Shown here: piece by piece, positions 37,916-49,406 of the stretch
How positions within the stretch are numbered: the first letter of the stretch is position 1
How the letters are laid out: each line of letters opens with the position of its first letter
Assembly: GCA_044892505.1 (NCBI GenBank)
Contig: CM097883.1
Location: 388,368,001-388,432,000 of the forward strand
Origin: Schmidtea nova
Taxonomy: Eukaryota
Length of the DNA stretch: 64,000 bases
Reading direction: 5' to 3'
Position numbers and translations under genes: made by a program
The notes under the pieces: generated by a model
Seen by the model: the letters and a program-made list of their open reading frames with translations, nothing else
Database searches by the model: none
What the model was told of the DNA's origin: nothing

Positions 37916-39053
37916 CGTGGTGTGCCCAATAAATACGTAGACTCAACAAGAAATAAGCAACTAATTTTATTTAAACTTTCAACAACAAGCAATCAAAATG
38001 TAAGAGTTTATTTCTCAATGTAAGATCCGCCAACTTCCACACATTTCCACCATTGTTACATCAAGTCCAAAATGCCCTTTTCATAGGTTTTGTGGTACAA
38101 AGTCAACAAATCCGTGACATGGTGTTGGAAATTAAAGAATTTTTCTCGTTAATCCTTCTTCAGTTATGGGATGAGGTGAAAATCACAAGTGGCGAGGTCA
38201 GGAATGTATTGTGAGTGAAGCACCAATGACAATCTGCACGAGTCATTTGTTGCTGTTGTCAGGTGGGATGTTGAGTTAGGGAATTGCAATGTAATTCATT
38301 ATTTCCTCTCTTCTGCCGTTTTCATCTTGCTTCCTTTACCAGTTGTAGAAAATTGTCCCTTTTAATTTTGACATCTGATGCAGGAAAATTTATTTTGAGA
38401 AAACTTTTTGTGTCGCAAAAAATTGTGAACATCACACACGTTTAGTTTCAGATAAGTTATGAGGGACCTCATCTTCTGTGATTGTATGTTTCAGAAAGGT
38501 ATCACCAAGTATTTTTATGACTTCCAAATTTTTCTGACAACACTCAAATCGATTTTTTTGCATTTCACCCGTAAGAAATCGTGACGCAAATCGTGAACAC
38601 AGTTTGCTGATGCCGATTTCATTCAGCAAGTTAAACAACATAATTTAGGAGAAGTTTAGACGTGCCAGGTTTCTTGTTATAATATGACGGTTTGTCATGA
38701 TGATTTTCTCCAGTACTTCTTTCTTTGAATTTCCAACTTCCAAAAGTCTGACAGTATTTTCCAAATCAAAAATACAAGTACATCCAATTTTAAAATCACG
38801 AATCAGTTGTAAATGAACCTCTTGTAAACATTTTGCAGTTGTGTAAAAATTTCTTGGTTACTAATTTTCTTCAAAAATAAACATTTTCTGACGTAATAAT
38901 GATATAGCCCAATTTCTTTTCCAAACAAAAATATCTTATTTAAGCAAAAACATTTTTCATTACCTATGCATATTCAAGTATAATCACCTATAATATATAT
39001 TTTATAAAGTAATTATTTCTTGAGGAGTCGAAGTATTTACTGGGCGCACCAAG
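37916..39053 (-). mobile_element. Degenerate mariner, related to the 6307-7422 copy
   Basis: TIRs CGTGGTGTGCCCAATAAATACGTAGACTC and GAGTCGAAGTATTTACTGGGCGCACCAAG|TA. Remnants: SKLCSRFASRFLT..TITEDE, HSQYIPDLATCDFHL..GILDL..WWKCVEVGGSYIEK*. Confidence 0.85.
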
Positions 39054-39752
39054 TATTTTACATCTTTTTATTAGTAAAACTATGAGTATACTTTAGCAAA
39101 GGTGTCATTAACTAATCATCCTTATTACAAAAGAATGCATGGCAATATACATTTAACACTGACTAAATTCATCTTATACTAAATAAAATTCTAAAATTAG
39201 TAAATAAGTTTATAACTTTTACTCCTAACTGGTGTAATCTAGACATTTACAAAAGAAAGAAAGTGATATGAATCCACAGAGACAATTTTACAAAATGATA
39301 AAAAATCCTATCAGACTTATTCGATGGACATTAAATATTTAGAAAAGAATCATGTTGATCAAGGATGAGGAGCGAATTTCAAATTTGATGGGTTTTATAT
39401 GACTTTCACAACATATATAATACATATTTCTCCTTTATTCAGTTGGTTAATTCATGTCCAGTAACATGATACTGTTGAATAGTGAATTCCAACATTATCT
39501 TTTGTCTGCTTGAATAAAGTATTTTCAAGTTTTATTTTCGCCGGCAAATCCGGATCTTCTCCCATGTTTATTTCTATATTTAGTATACATTCCGATGTAA
39601 ACGTCTGAAACCATTTCCGAGTGGATCGAGTCGAAGTTCGACACTATCAATCATCGCATTCTTTCCATATATTATAATAAGCAATTGTTGTATTATTTTC
39701 TAGTTTATGTTCCTAGAGCATAATAATACACAATTCAATGTTTTTTATTTAA

Positions 39753-39997
39753 CCTTCAGTCTGTGCATTTTGTTTCGACCGGACCCCAATCATGGTAATA
39801 TGCGACTCAATAATTTTTTTCACCAAATAAATATTCCAGACAACTAGAATTGCCTCAACTATGGTATTAAACACGCATTACTAAAAAGGATACCAGAAAA
39901 GTATTCTAAATTCTTACAAAATATGTGAAAATATATATGGGGTAAGATTGACCCCTTTGCACAGACCATGGGAAATTTACTCTGCACAGACTGAAGG
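39753..39997. mobile_element. piggyBac-type MITE (245 bp)
   Basis: TTAA|CCTTCAGTCTGTGCA ... TGCACAGACTGAAGG|TTAA: 15-bp perfect TIR and a TTAA TSD. Confidence 0.85.
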
Positions 39998-40133
39998 TTA
40001 ATGGAAAATATCAGTAGATGGTGTTAGCCAATAGCCAAAACTTGCGGGTTTTGTAGGGAAATGCTTCATTGTTATGATAAGGAAAATATTTTGTTTGAAT
40101 TACAGAAAAAAATAATTTTTAATAGAAAAAAAC

Positions 40134-40363
40134 ATTAATATCAATAATTCCCATAATGAATGACTATAGATCAAAATTTCTTTAAACAAGTACACAATAT
40201 TTCGGCACAGCCTTGATCAAGTGTGTAGAAAGTCTGTGATAAAGGCTGTGCCGAAATATTGTGTACTTGTTTAAAGAAATTTTGATCTATAGTCATCCAT
40301 TATGGGAATTATTGATATTAATATTAAAAAAGATCAAAGGTGAAATAAAAAGATAATTATGAT
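40134..40363. repeat. Second locus of the hammerhead-bearing repeat: head-to-head pair with 81-bp arms and a 27-bp spacer
   Basis: Arms 40134-40214 and 40242-40322 differ at one position. The right copy extends to 40363 and matches 28421-28540. Confidence 0.9.
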
Positions 40364-41291
40364 GGAAAAAACATGTTTAAAAATGACATTTCGTGTTCAA
40401 AAAATTGTTTTATTAAATTATATTTTTATATTTGTTTCAGTTAATTTTGATTAATTAAACAGTAAAATCGTCGATTTGTTTTGAATTATAAATGATAATT
40501 GTCGCTTCCTGAATAAACCAAGCAACTCTAGTTAGAATGGCCGCGCTAGATTTAGATTTCAAAATTAGCATTAAAAGTAGAAGTTGCACAACTTTGAAAT
40601 GATTTAGCACGATCAAGTTAATGAATTTTAGAGTTTTCATTGACTTTTATACGTAGGTGTGTTCAGGTTGTTTAAATTTCTATATCATTTATTTTTACTG
40701 GTTACACTTTCAAATAATGAATTCAGTAATGTCTTATTTTCGTTTTTAGTATTTTAACTTGAAAAACATTGTAATAGTCCATTTATAAAATATTATTTTA
40801 CTAAATTCATTGTTGATTTATCAGCAGTCTAATATTGACAAGTAATTCTCGTTTGACAACTGATATTTATTTTTTTATCTAAGTTACATTTGTATTTTTT
40901 GTCGGGAATTTCAATTTTTTTTTGATTGAAATTATAATAGTGTATAGTTTGCCATGTTTATTAATCTTGAACTTCCAAAAACTAATTTGAGCAATTAATG
41001 TGTGTTTAATAAGGCTTTAGGACATTTTCTTCCAAAGCATTAAACTCCCCCTAGATGAATTCATCTGAGGGCAATATCTTCCAGGATAAATCCCATGGGA
41101 AATTAAATCACATAAATTAAAAACTATTTATTAAATTTCATTGGCTTATTGCTTGTAATAATCAATTTATTTTAAATATTTGCTTTATACTTTTACTTTT
41201 ATATATTTTAATTATAGATCTATTGCTCTGATATTGTTTAACACATTCAGTGCCACATCCCAGTTAACTCGTACTTCATTAAACGCTAGAA

Positions 41292-41695
41292 CAGGTGTGG
41301 CCAACCCATGGCCCGCCTTGAACATTTTTCTGACACACGAGATTCATCAAACTTTTACAAAACATATTTATTTTATAATAGCCGGGGTAATTTAAAAATT
41401 CTAATTATATCAATAAGCAAACATTTTTCATTGTATTGTCGGTAATATGAAGTATGACTGCAAAGAAAAGAAGAATAGTGAACGAAAATAGTATCATTAT
41501 TATTATATTACCTATGTTTACATGTAAGAATAATGGTAAACAAATTAATAATAACTCATTATGTTTCAATTTTTCACTACAAAAAATGTTTATAGTGTAT
41601 CTAAATTAATATGGGATATATAATTTTATGTGGTGCGCGGATTTATGGTGGATTTTCAAAGTTGCCCGCAAGATCATATGGGTTGGCCACTCTTG
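41292..41695. mobile_element. hAT MITE (about 400 bp)
   Basis: TIRs CAGGTGTGGCCAACCCAT / ATGGGTTGGCCACTCTTG. The flanks CGCTAGAA and CGATAAAA look like a decayed 8-bp nnnTAnnn TSD (6/8). Confidence 0.75.
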
Positions 41696-42010
41696 CGATA
41701 AAACAACAAAATGACTTATTTTAAATAATTAATCAATAACAAAATACGTCGTGGATGCAAATTTTGAACTAATAAAAAATTTTGCAAAGACTTATTTAGT
41801 TATTTATTAATTTTTTAATTAATGGTGCTACCAATAAATCAACATTTTGAATAATTTATTTTGTTATACTTTATATTGCTTATTTTAATTAGTTATAACA
41901 TTTAGTAACACTGAAATAAATTACTATAAATAATAAAATTTTATTTTAACAAAAATGTCGGCGCGTTGAGTTTTGAATTGCTTCCTTCTTCATATTTAAT
42001 AAATCTTTCA

Positions 42011-42133
42011 TCTTCGCATTTGAGTTTGCTTGGTGCTTTTTATTTAATGAAACTGTGATCTTTGCATTTGAATTTGTTTGCTGACTTTTATTTAATGAAA
42101 CTGTAATCTTTTGTATTTGAATTTGTTTGCTTG
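42011..42133. repeat. About 2.5 copies of a 48-bp tandem repeat next to a gap
   Basis: Unit of about TCTTTGCATTTGAATTTGTTTGCTGACTTTTATTTAATGAAACTGTAA. Confidence 0.75.
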
Positions 42134-42449
42134 CCATTTTTTTGTTGTCAACATTAAAACAACCATTCTCAATTTGTAAATAANNNNNNNNNNNNNNNNN
42201 NNNNNNNNNNNNNNNNNNNNNNNNNNNNNNNNNNNNNNNNNNNNNNNNNNNNNNNNNNNNNNNNNNNNNNNNNNNNNNNNNNNNNNNNNNNNNNNNNNNN
42301 NNNNNNNNNNNNNNNNNNNNNNNNNNNNNNNNNNNNNNNNNNNNNNNNNNNNNNNNNNNNNNNNNNNNNNNNNNNNNNNNNNNNNNNNNNNNNNNNNNNN
42401 NNNNNNNNNNNNNNNNNNNNACAAATACTTAAAGTTTCCAGCATATTTT

Positions 42450-45400
42450 GATTCTTTTTGGGAACTTTATTTTGGTGTTGGATGATTTATTATCGTAAGA
42501 TGAAGTCATATTTTTAATTAAAATTATCTGTATTTATCTACAACAAAATTATTTAAACAAAATTAATTGTTTATTGAATTAATATATTATGAAATTAAAT
42601 CGAGTAATTTCATCATTATTAAATTCTACAAAACTTCCGTCCAAAATTGCGCGATGGTTCAATCGTTGCCTGAAGTCGATCTGCAGTAGTGACTTTGTCT
42701 TTATTGTTAATAATTATTTTAAAAGTTTTCATGTCTTCTGATCTGTTTATTACTTCGAATGGCCCTTCGCTAGGAGGTTCTAGTCCTTTGGTTATTGGTT
42801 TTCATAGCCAGATGTTCTTATAGTTAGCTAATTCTTTCTGAACTGATACTTTCTTATTCTGAGGTCTTTCTTCTCCAATTTCTTTTTGAATACCAAGCAA
42901 TTTCAATTTATTTTCAAATAAACCTTCTGCTAGTTATGGTGAATTATTTGATCTGCAGCAATTTCAGATTCGAAGTAGGACTTTTGGCTGATCATGAACC
43001 CTAGCTCTATTTGAATCATCAGAATGAAATTTAAATGAATTTTTAAGGCTTTTTGAATCTTTCAACCTTAGCGTTGCACCAGGGATGATATGCAGTTTTT
43101 CCTCGGTGCTTGAATCAAATTGAAGTCCCTGATCGCTAATAATGATGCCTGGAACGCCATATCTGCTAATTCATTCTCTTTCCAATGTTTTTAATATGTA
43201 TACACTTGTTATGTCGGCTATTGAAATTGCTTCGCCCCATGATTTTTATCTGACAATTATTGTGAGAATAAGTCCTTTTCTGTTCGCAGGATGTAATGGG
43301 CCTACTTAATCTATATGGATGGTTTTAAACCTTCCTGTGTTTGGAATATCTTCTAATACTGTTTTAGTATGACGATATATTTTTGATTGCTGGCATTTAA
43401 AACATTCCCGGTTTCATGAACGAACGTCAGATCTCACTCCTGGCCATGCATATCTTTCTTTACTAATTTCATCATTGGCTTTTACCCAGGGCAGGAAAGA
43501 ACATGGAATCTATGTAATTCTTCAAATCTAAACACTTTTGGAAGAAAGATTCTTGGAATTCGTGTGCTAATATTGACTAAAATTACTCCTTTTGTTTGAC
43601 GTAGTTATAGTAAAGTTTCTTTAAAGAATCATCGGAGATTTGTTCATCGGTAAGATGTTTGTGGTTTTGACAGTCTAGTTTGATAGCAATTGTTTCCACT
43701 GAAAGTTGCCTTGATAAGAGATCAATTATCACATTTTCCTTTCCCTTGATGTATTCAATTGAGAGTGTTAATTGAGAAAGATTTTCAATGATTCTCCATT
43801 GCCTTACTGATGGTTCTTTCATTGACACTACACGTAACAGTGGCTTATGATCCGTTTTGATTGTAAATGGTCCTGCTAAGAGATAATACTTGAAATGTTT
43901 GGCTGCTAAGTGTATAGCGGGTAGTTCTTGGTCAAATGTCGAATATTTAATTTCTGATTTAGATAGTTTTCTGGAAAAGAATGAGATTGGGATCAAGTTA
44001 TTTTGTGCATTTTGGTTAAGACTGGCTCCAACTACTGATGAAGTGGCATCTGATCACACTATGAAAGGCTTAGGTCAATCCGGATAACCAGTTGGAATTG
44101 CCATTAATAAAGCTTCTTTTGCTTTTTGGAATGAATCGTCGTGATGCTCCTCCAATAAAATTCATCTTATTTGTCAATGCTTGTATTATCAAATCATGTC
44201 AAGGGTTCGCACTTACAGATAAGTGCGCTATTAATCAGTGATAGTATCCTACAGCACCTATGAATGCTCTCGACATTGTTATATTTGATGGGTGTGGCAT
44301 ATCTGTTATGTTTGATATTCTTTCTTTTGATGCTCTAATACTGTCTTTGTCAAGATCGAAATCCAAAATCTGAATTTAGTCTTTAGAAAATTCACATTTG
44401 TCCTCGTTAATTTTGAGTCTAGAATCTTTAATTTTCTGTAATATTGTTTTGATATGATTTATTTGTTCCTCGAAACTGTTCGAAAAAGTAAGTACATCAT
44501 CAACATACGCTAAACAAAATGTTTGTGATTCTCTGAGAATACTGTTGATGTATCTTTGAAATGCCTGGGAAGCGTTTCGTAGTCCATAAAGCATCATATT
44601 GTACTGAAATTGCCAAAATAGAGTTATCACTTCTGTTTTTTTTTCTTTCTCCGTTTGATAATATGCTTTGGCCATCACAAGTTTTGCAAAGTATTTGCTC
44701 TAAAGTATTTGTCTAAAATATCTTTAGTTCTTGGTAGTAGGTATTTTTCGGGCACTCTAATGTTGTTGAGGAGTCTGTAATCACCACACGGTCTCCATGA
44801 GCCATCACATTCTTTTACTACAACCAGCAGTGACGCCCAAATGCGGTTGCTTGCTTGAATCATGTTATCTTTCAGTAATCTGTTAAACTCCATCTTGGTC
44901 ACATGCAGGTGTTCCCTGAATAGTTTTTTGTATTTTTGAGAAATTGGTTGTCCTTCTGTGAATATTTTGAGTTGATCATTGACAGCTTTTGAAATTTCTT
45001 TCTGAATCAGAGTTGTACATCGGATCCAATTTTTATTTGAGAATATTGCTAATTTCGGGGTTTTTGCCACAGCTTTGGACGAATTCCAAGTTAGGTTAGG
45101 TTATAGTGAGATAAGAAATCTACATCGATAATAGGTTGACTGATATTTGCAACTCCAAATATCCATTTGAAAGGCAACTGGAAACCTTCAATTTCAAGCG
45201 TGATTTATTTGTCTCCATAATAGCTTATAACTGAAATGTTGGCACTGACTAATGTCTGGTTTCCTTCCAAAGATCGGTTACCTTCGAATATTTTTGATGA
45301 TAAAACACTTGCATCAGCATCAAAATCGAATAAAAAATTAAAGCTGGTGTTGATCTCATTGCCGGTATGGTAAATTTCTAGTTGTTGTTCAGCTTATAAG

Positions 45401-45700
45401 CTGATATAATTTCTAAGGTTCCAGTCTCCAAACTTAATGAGACCGATTCTCGATTTTCGTTTCCCTGTGACTTTGGCTCTTCTTTTCAATTAGAAGGTGG
45501 CTGACATTTTCTTGCCTTTGAACCAAAGGTCTTGTGATAAAAACAAAGTAATTCCTGCGATTTTCACTGCGATCCTTTATTGACGTTTCTCAGAGCTGTA
45601 ATCTTTTCATGGCTGCAGATTGCTTGAAATTATAATAAGCAATTAGAGTTTTTAAAATGTCTAACTCCAAATATTATTTACTAAAATAATATTTTTAAAA
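42450..45700 (-). mobile_element. Degenerate Ty3/Gypsy LTR retrotransposon internal region (CsRn1-like), gag-PR-RT-RH-IN
   Basis: Domain order on minus: CFYHKTFGSKARKCQPP (gag knuckle), FLFDFDADASV (decayed PR), WASLLVVVKECDGSWRPCGDYRLLN, GLRNASQAFQR..AYVDDVL (RT), FFSRKLS..YSTFDQEL..TDHKPL (RH), YAWPG..C..CQ, HID*VGPL, SRYGVPGIIISDQG (IN). No LTRs resolved. Confidence 0.9.
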
Positions 45701-45968
45701 TGCTACACGTAATTTACAATAAATAAAAATGCCGGCCCGTACGTGAGAAATACGATTTTACAATTTCGCTTTTGCTTTATTTTTCCAAAAAGCGAAATAA
45801 TTCTCTGATATTTTATCACCACGTTGCCGGAAGTAAAAATTGATCTGGATACAAATAGAAGCTAGCTAACGGTCAAGGAAACAAGATTTATCTTATCAAT
45901 TAATAAATGACTTCTATATATGAATGAAGTTCCAGAATGTTATTTATAAAAATGTGTGCAATTATATA

Positions 45969-47300
45969 CTCCGGCCTACCAAAAGTCTCCAGTCAAGCAG
46001 TTATTTACATATTGCAGTTTATAATGAACGTCTCCAATGAAAATATAGACAGCAATGCAATAAAGGTCATCAACACCTTCAACATGCAGCACGCGCACAT
46101 GTTCACACGCACGCAATTACACACACAAACACACACAAAATATGACTTCTCACACCAGACACACAACAGTGATAACAGTGAGTCATGTTAATGAAGGATT
46201 GTCATTTTCTTAGAATATGGCTACTCGGAGAGAGCTTACATACTTTCAAAAAGGTATTATTGCATTGACTGGCCATCTCAAAGGAACTATTAACTACTTC
46301 CTGAAGAAGTACCACTAGGAGCAGACACATGTCAACAAGCAACGTTCAGACCGCCCTAAACTTCTGAGCATCCGTACATAACGGCAGCTGAAACGATTTG
46401 TGGTGGCTCATCGTCGGTTCCCCCTATCCAAGTTTGTGTCCACATTTAACACTGGCCCTGTGCATGCCAGCATGTTCACCATTCGTCGCGCATTACATTT
46501 TCATGTTTTCTATGGCAGATACTGCGCAAGGAAGCCTTTGATTACAGAAACAATTCGTCGTCGTTGCTTCAAGTGGTGCCGGGAGAGAAGGAGTTAGACA
46601 GCAGGACAATAGCACTCAGTCATTTGGAGTGATGAATCACGTTTCACTCTTTTCAAAACTAATGGACAGCAATTATGCTGGCGTCGTGTAGGAGAACGAT
46701 TTCACCCTGACTGCATTCAGCCAACTGTGAAATATGAAGGAGGCTCCATTATGTTTTAGAGTCTTTCCTCGGCTCGTGGAACCGGTCCTCTAGTGAAGTG
46801 CAGCAATCTCATGACGCCAGTGGAATACCGTGTCATTCTGGAAAATGAGCTTGTTCCCTTTCTCCCAGAAATTGAAGGGCTCATTTTCCAACAGGATAAT
46901 GCATCAATCCATACTTCGCACATTATGAAGGAATTCTTTTTGCAGCGCAGCATCAACGTTTTGGATTGGGTTCCACTAAGCCCTGATCTGAATCCTATTG
47001 AGTTTATGTGGACGTCCTTGGTAGACGAGTTTGCAAAAGGATTCCCATTGCCCGTAACGCCTCCGAACTGGAAACGCATCTGCATGAGGAATGGTCACAC
47101 ATCTCCCCTGATTTCCTGGCAAAAGTGGTCGATTATATATAAAGTTATATATAAAGTGGTAATATAATGAAGTACTAATTCTCTCAGCATTACAGACATT
47201 CAGTATTCGTGTGTGTTTGTGACATTTGTTCCCATTGCTGTTCATTATAAACTGCAATATGTAAATAAATGCCTGATTGGAGACTTTTGGTCGGCCGGGG
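45969..47300 (+). mobile_element. Tc1 (DD34E) transposon with intact ends and a pseudogenised transposase
   Basis: TA|CTCCGGCCTACCAAAAGTCTCC..TTTACATATTGCAGTTTATAATGAAC matches the right end (about 60-bp TIR, TA TSD). The transposase from ATG 46217 reads RSDRPKLL, ARKPLI, VIWSDESRF, TVKYEGGSIM, FQQDNASIH..SPDLNPIE (34-aa spacing), with stops. Confidence 0.92.
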
Positions 47301-47580
47301 TATTTTTTCTACATATTATGTAAATTAATTTTCTTGTTAAATACATAAAAATTCGTTTAGCAAATGTTAATATCAACAAATCATATTTCCTTCGAAAATT
47401 ATTTATATTTTATGCAATATTTAAACAAAATTAATATAACTACTACTATTATTAGTTTCTTACGCTAGGCAAAAGATCCTCGCTGGATATACAGTTTTCA
47501 AATATTTTTATTTTTTTTATAATTAATAAGCTTTTATTATAAACTAATTGTATATTTTATAATTTGGTTTCATAATTTAG

Positions 47581-48110
47581 AAACTAGCTTTGAATTGCCT
47601 TCTATTATTGCCAATAATTTTTCCAATAAAGTTCTTTCCCCAACCGATACGATTTTAGAATTTAACAAATCCTCAAATTTCCTGCTGTCCGGCTGTGGAG
47701 ATGACACAGTTAGCAATGATTTTGTTCCTGAAGACAGACAAGAAATTCTAATTGCGACTCCCAACTGTACACGTGAACCAAATACGGAAGAAGCAGAGTC
47801 ACAAATACCACCAAATGACATTTCTGATTGTAACTTAGAAGTGGACAATAATGCAGAGGAGAACAATTCCGTAATTGATTTGCCAGGCAAATTAAAACTC
47901 GAGGAAAATGTGCATTGTAATAGTGATTGGAATCATATTTCCCAAGGATTACTAAATGCGGATAATATCGTTGTAGCGAGTGACCATAACGAGGTAGTAG
48001 TAAATGGCGATAATGTCTACCTCGATGATCCGGCAAAAAGAGATCTCAATTTTGTTGAACAGAATTTTTCTAATGAAGCAATTGATAATTGTAAGTCTTT
48101 CAAGCAGTGA
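47581..48110 (+). CDS. PPP1R37: PPP1R37-like terminal coding exon
   Basis: TTTAG acceptor. G|AA ACT AGC TTT GAA TTG joins the 171-aa acidic ORF, which ends in TGA at 48110. The five exons sum to 1665 nt, a multiple of 3. The link to the LRR gene is inferred from strand, phase and position. Confidence 0.6.
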
Positions 48111-48546
48111 AATATTATGGAAATGCACTCAACTGTCCATCACCGATTATAATCTATAAATATTTATTTTTTTTCACCATCAATACTCTTTTATTCCTCT
48201 CACATTTATACACTCTGTTTACTCTTCATTTCTAATTTCAAGTAGATGTTAACAAAGTTTTTTTAATATTATTTCTCTTTTTTAATTTTGTGTTGATATC
48301 TTTTTTCATTCTTCTTAAATTTCAAAGAAAATGCAATATAGTGAAATCTGATTTAATAAATCTATTCCATAAAAACAAAAGAGGAATTTATAATATGATA
48401 AACTTTTTCTACTTATTACCAACTCAAAAATGTTAAAATCTGATAAATGAAGTTTTTTTCATGATTTTTGAATTTTTTCTTACTGGAGTTGAAAATCATG
48501 AGCATAACATTTCATGTCGTATGGGGAAAGGGATATACCGATAAAT

Positions 48547-49406
48547 GGTTATTGCTGAAAACATGACGTTTTTGAAAATTAAAAAAATTGGCATTAAAAA
48601 CGATCTTCTTTACATTTTACAAATATATAGCAGGTGTTGAATTTGCAGATATAGCCTATGAACTAAATATTGATCGAAATACAGCGAGTATTTGGTGTAG
48701 TCTAGTGCGAGAGGCTATTCGGGTCTATGTAAGTGAAAATAGTGAAATGCTAGGGGGCATGAATGAGGATGGAAGTCCAAAAATTGTTGAGTTGGACGAA
48801 AGTCTTTTTAGCAGAAGAAAATATAATCGTGGCAGAATTTTGAATCAGCAATGGTTTATAGGTGGGATTGAACGTGGTACGCGGAAATGCTTTATCATTC
48901 CAGAGCAAAATAGGAATGCAGAAACCATTACACGAGTATTGCAAGATTATTTGCTTCCAGGTACGCATGCAATTACTGATATGTGGCGCTCGTATAATGC
49001 TGCAGCACACCAAATAGGCAACATTGAGTTGTCTCAGGTTAATCATTCTTTAAAATGTGGAAGGCTTATGGTAACGATCAAAATATTTCCTGAGGAAAAA
49101 ACGTGGAATGTCTCGAGAGCAAAAATCTGAGTATTTAGTACGATTTTTATGGGAGTACAAATTGCGAAAGCGGAAAAGATTTAATAACTTGTTGATTCTC
49201 TTACAATACGTAAATTATTGAGTAAATTGTTATGTATTAAATATAATATAGTGTTAATTTATACATATATATTTGGTTTTAATTTATATAAAAGTTGTTT
49301 TATATTTTATCTACTTTAATATCATTTTTTATTAATTTTTAATTAATTTTTTTAATTTTCAAAAACGTCATGTTTTCTCAAAAACGGCATATTTTCAGCA
49401 TCTACC
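48547..49406 (+). mobile_element. Merlin (IS1595/ISXO2-like) transposon, deletion derivative
   Basis: 8-bp TSD CGATAAAT on both sides and GGT..TGCTGAAAA-type TIRs. Reads VELDESLFSRRKYNRGR..QWFIGGIERGT..ITDMWRSY..VNHS, then NVEGLW*..GMSRE..EYL.RFLWE after a deletion and frameshift (to 49221). Confidence 0.92.

Noticed and set aside
28274-40363. Recurrent short repeats that could be taken for a CRISPR array
   Set aside because: The context is eukaryotic, the repeats are inverted and dispersed with no regular unique spacers, and there are no cas genes.
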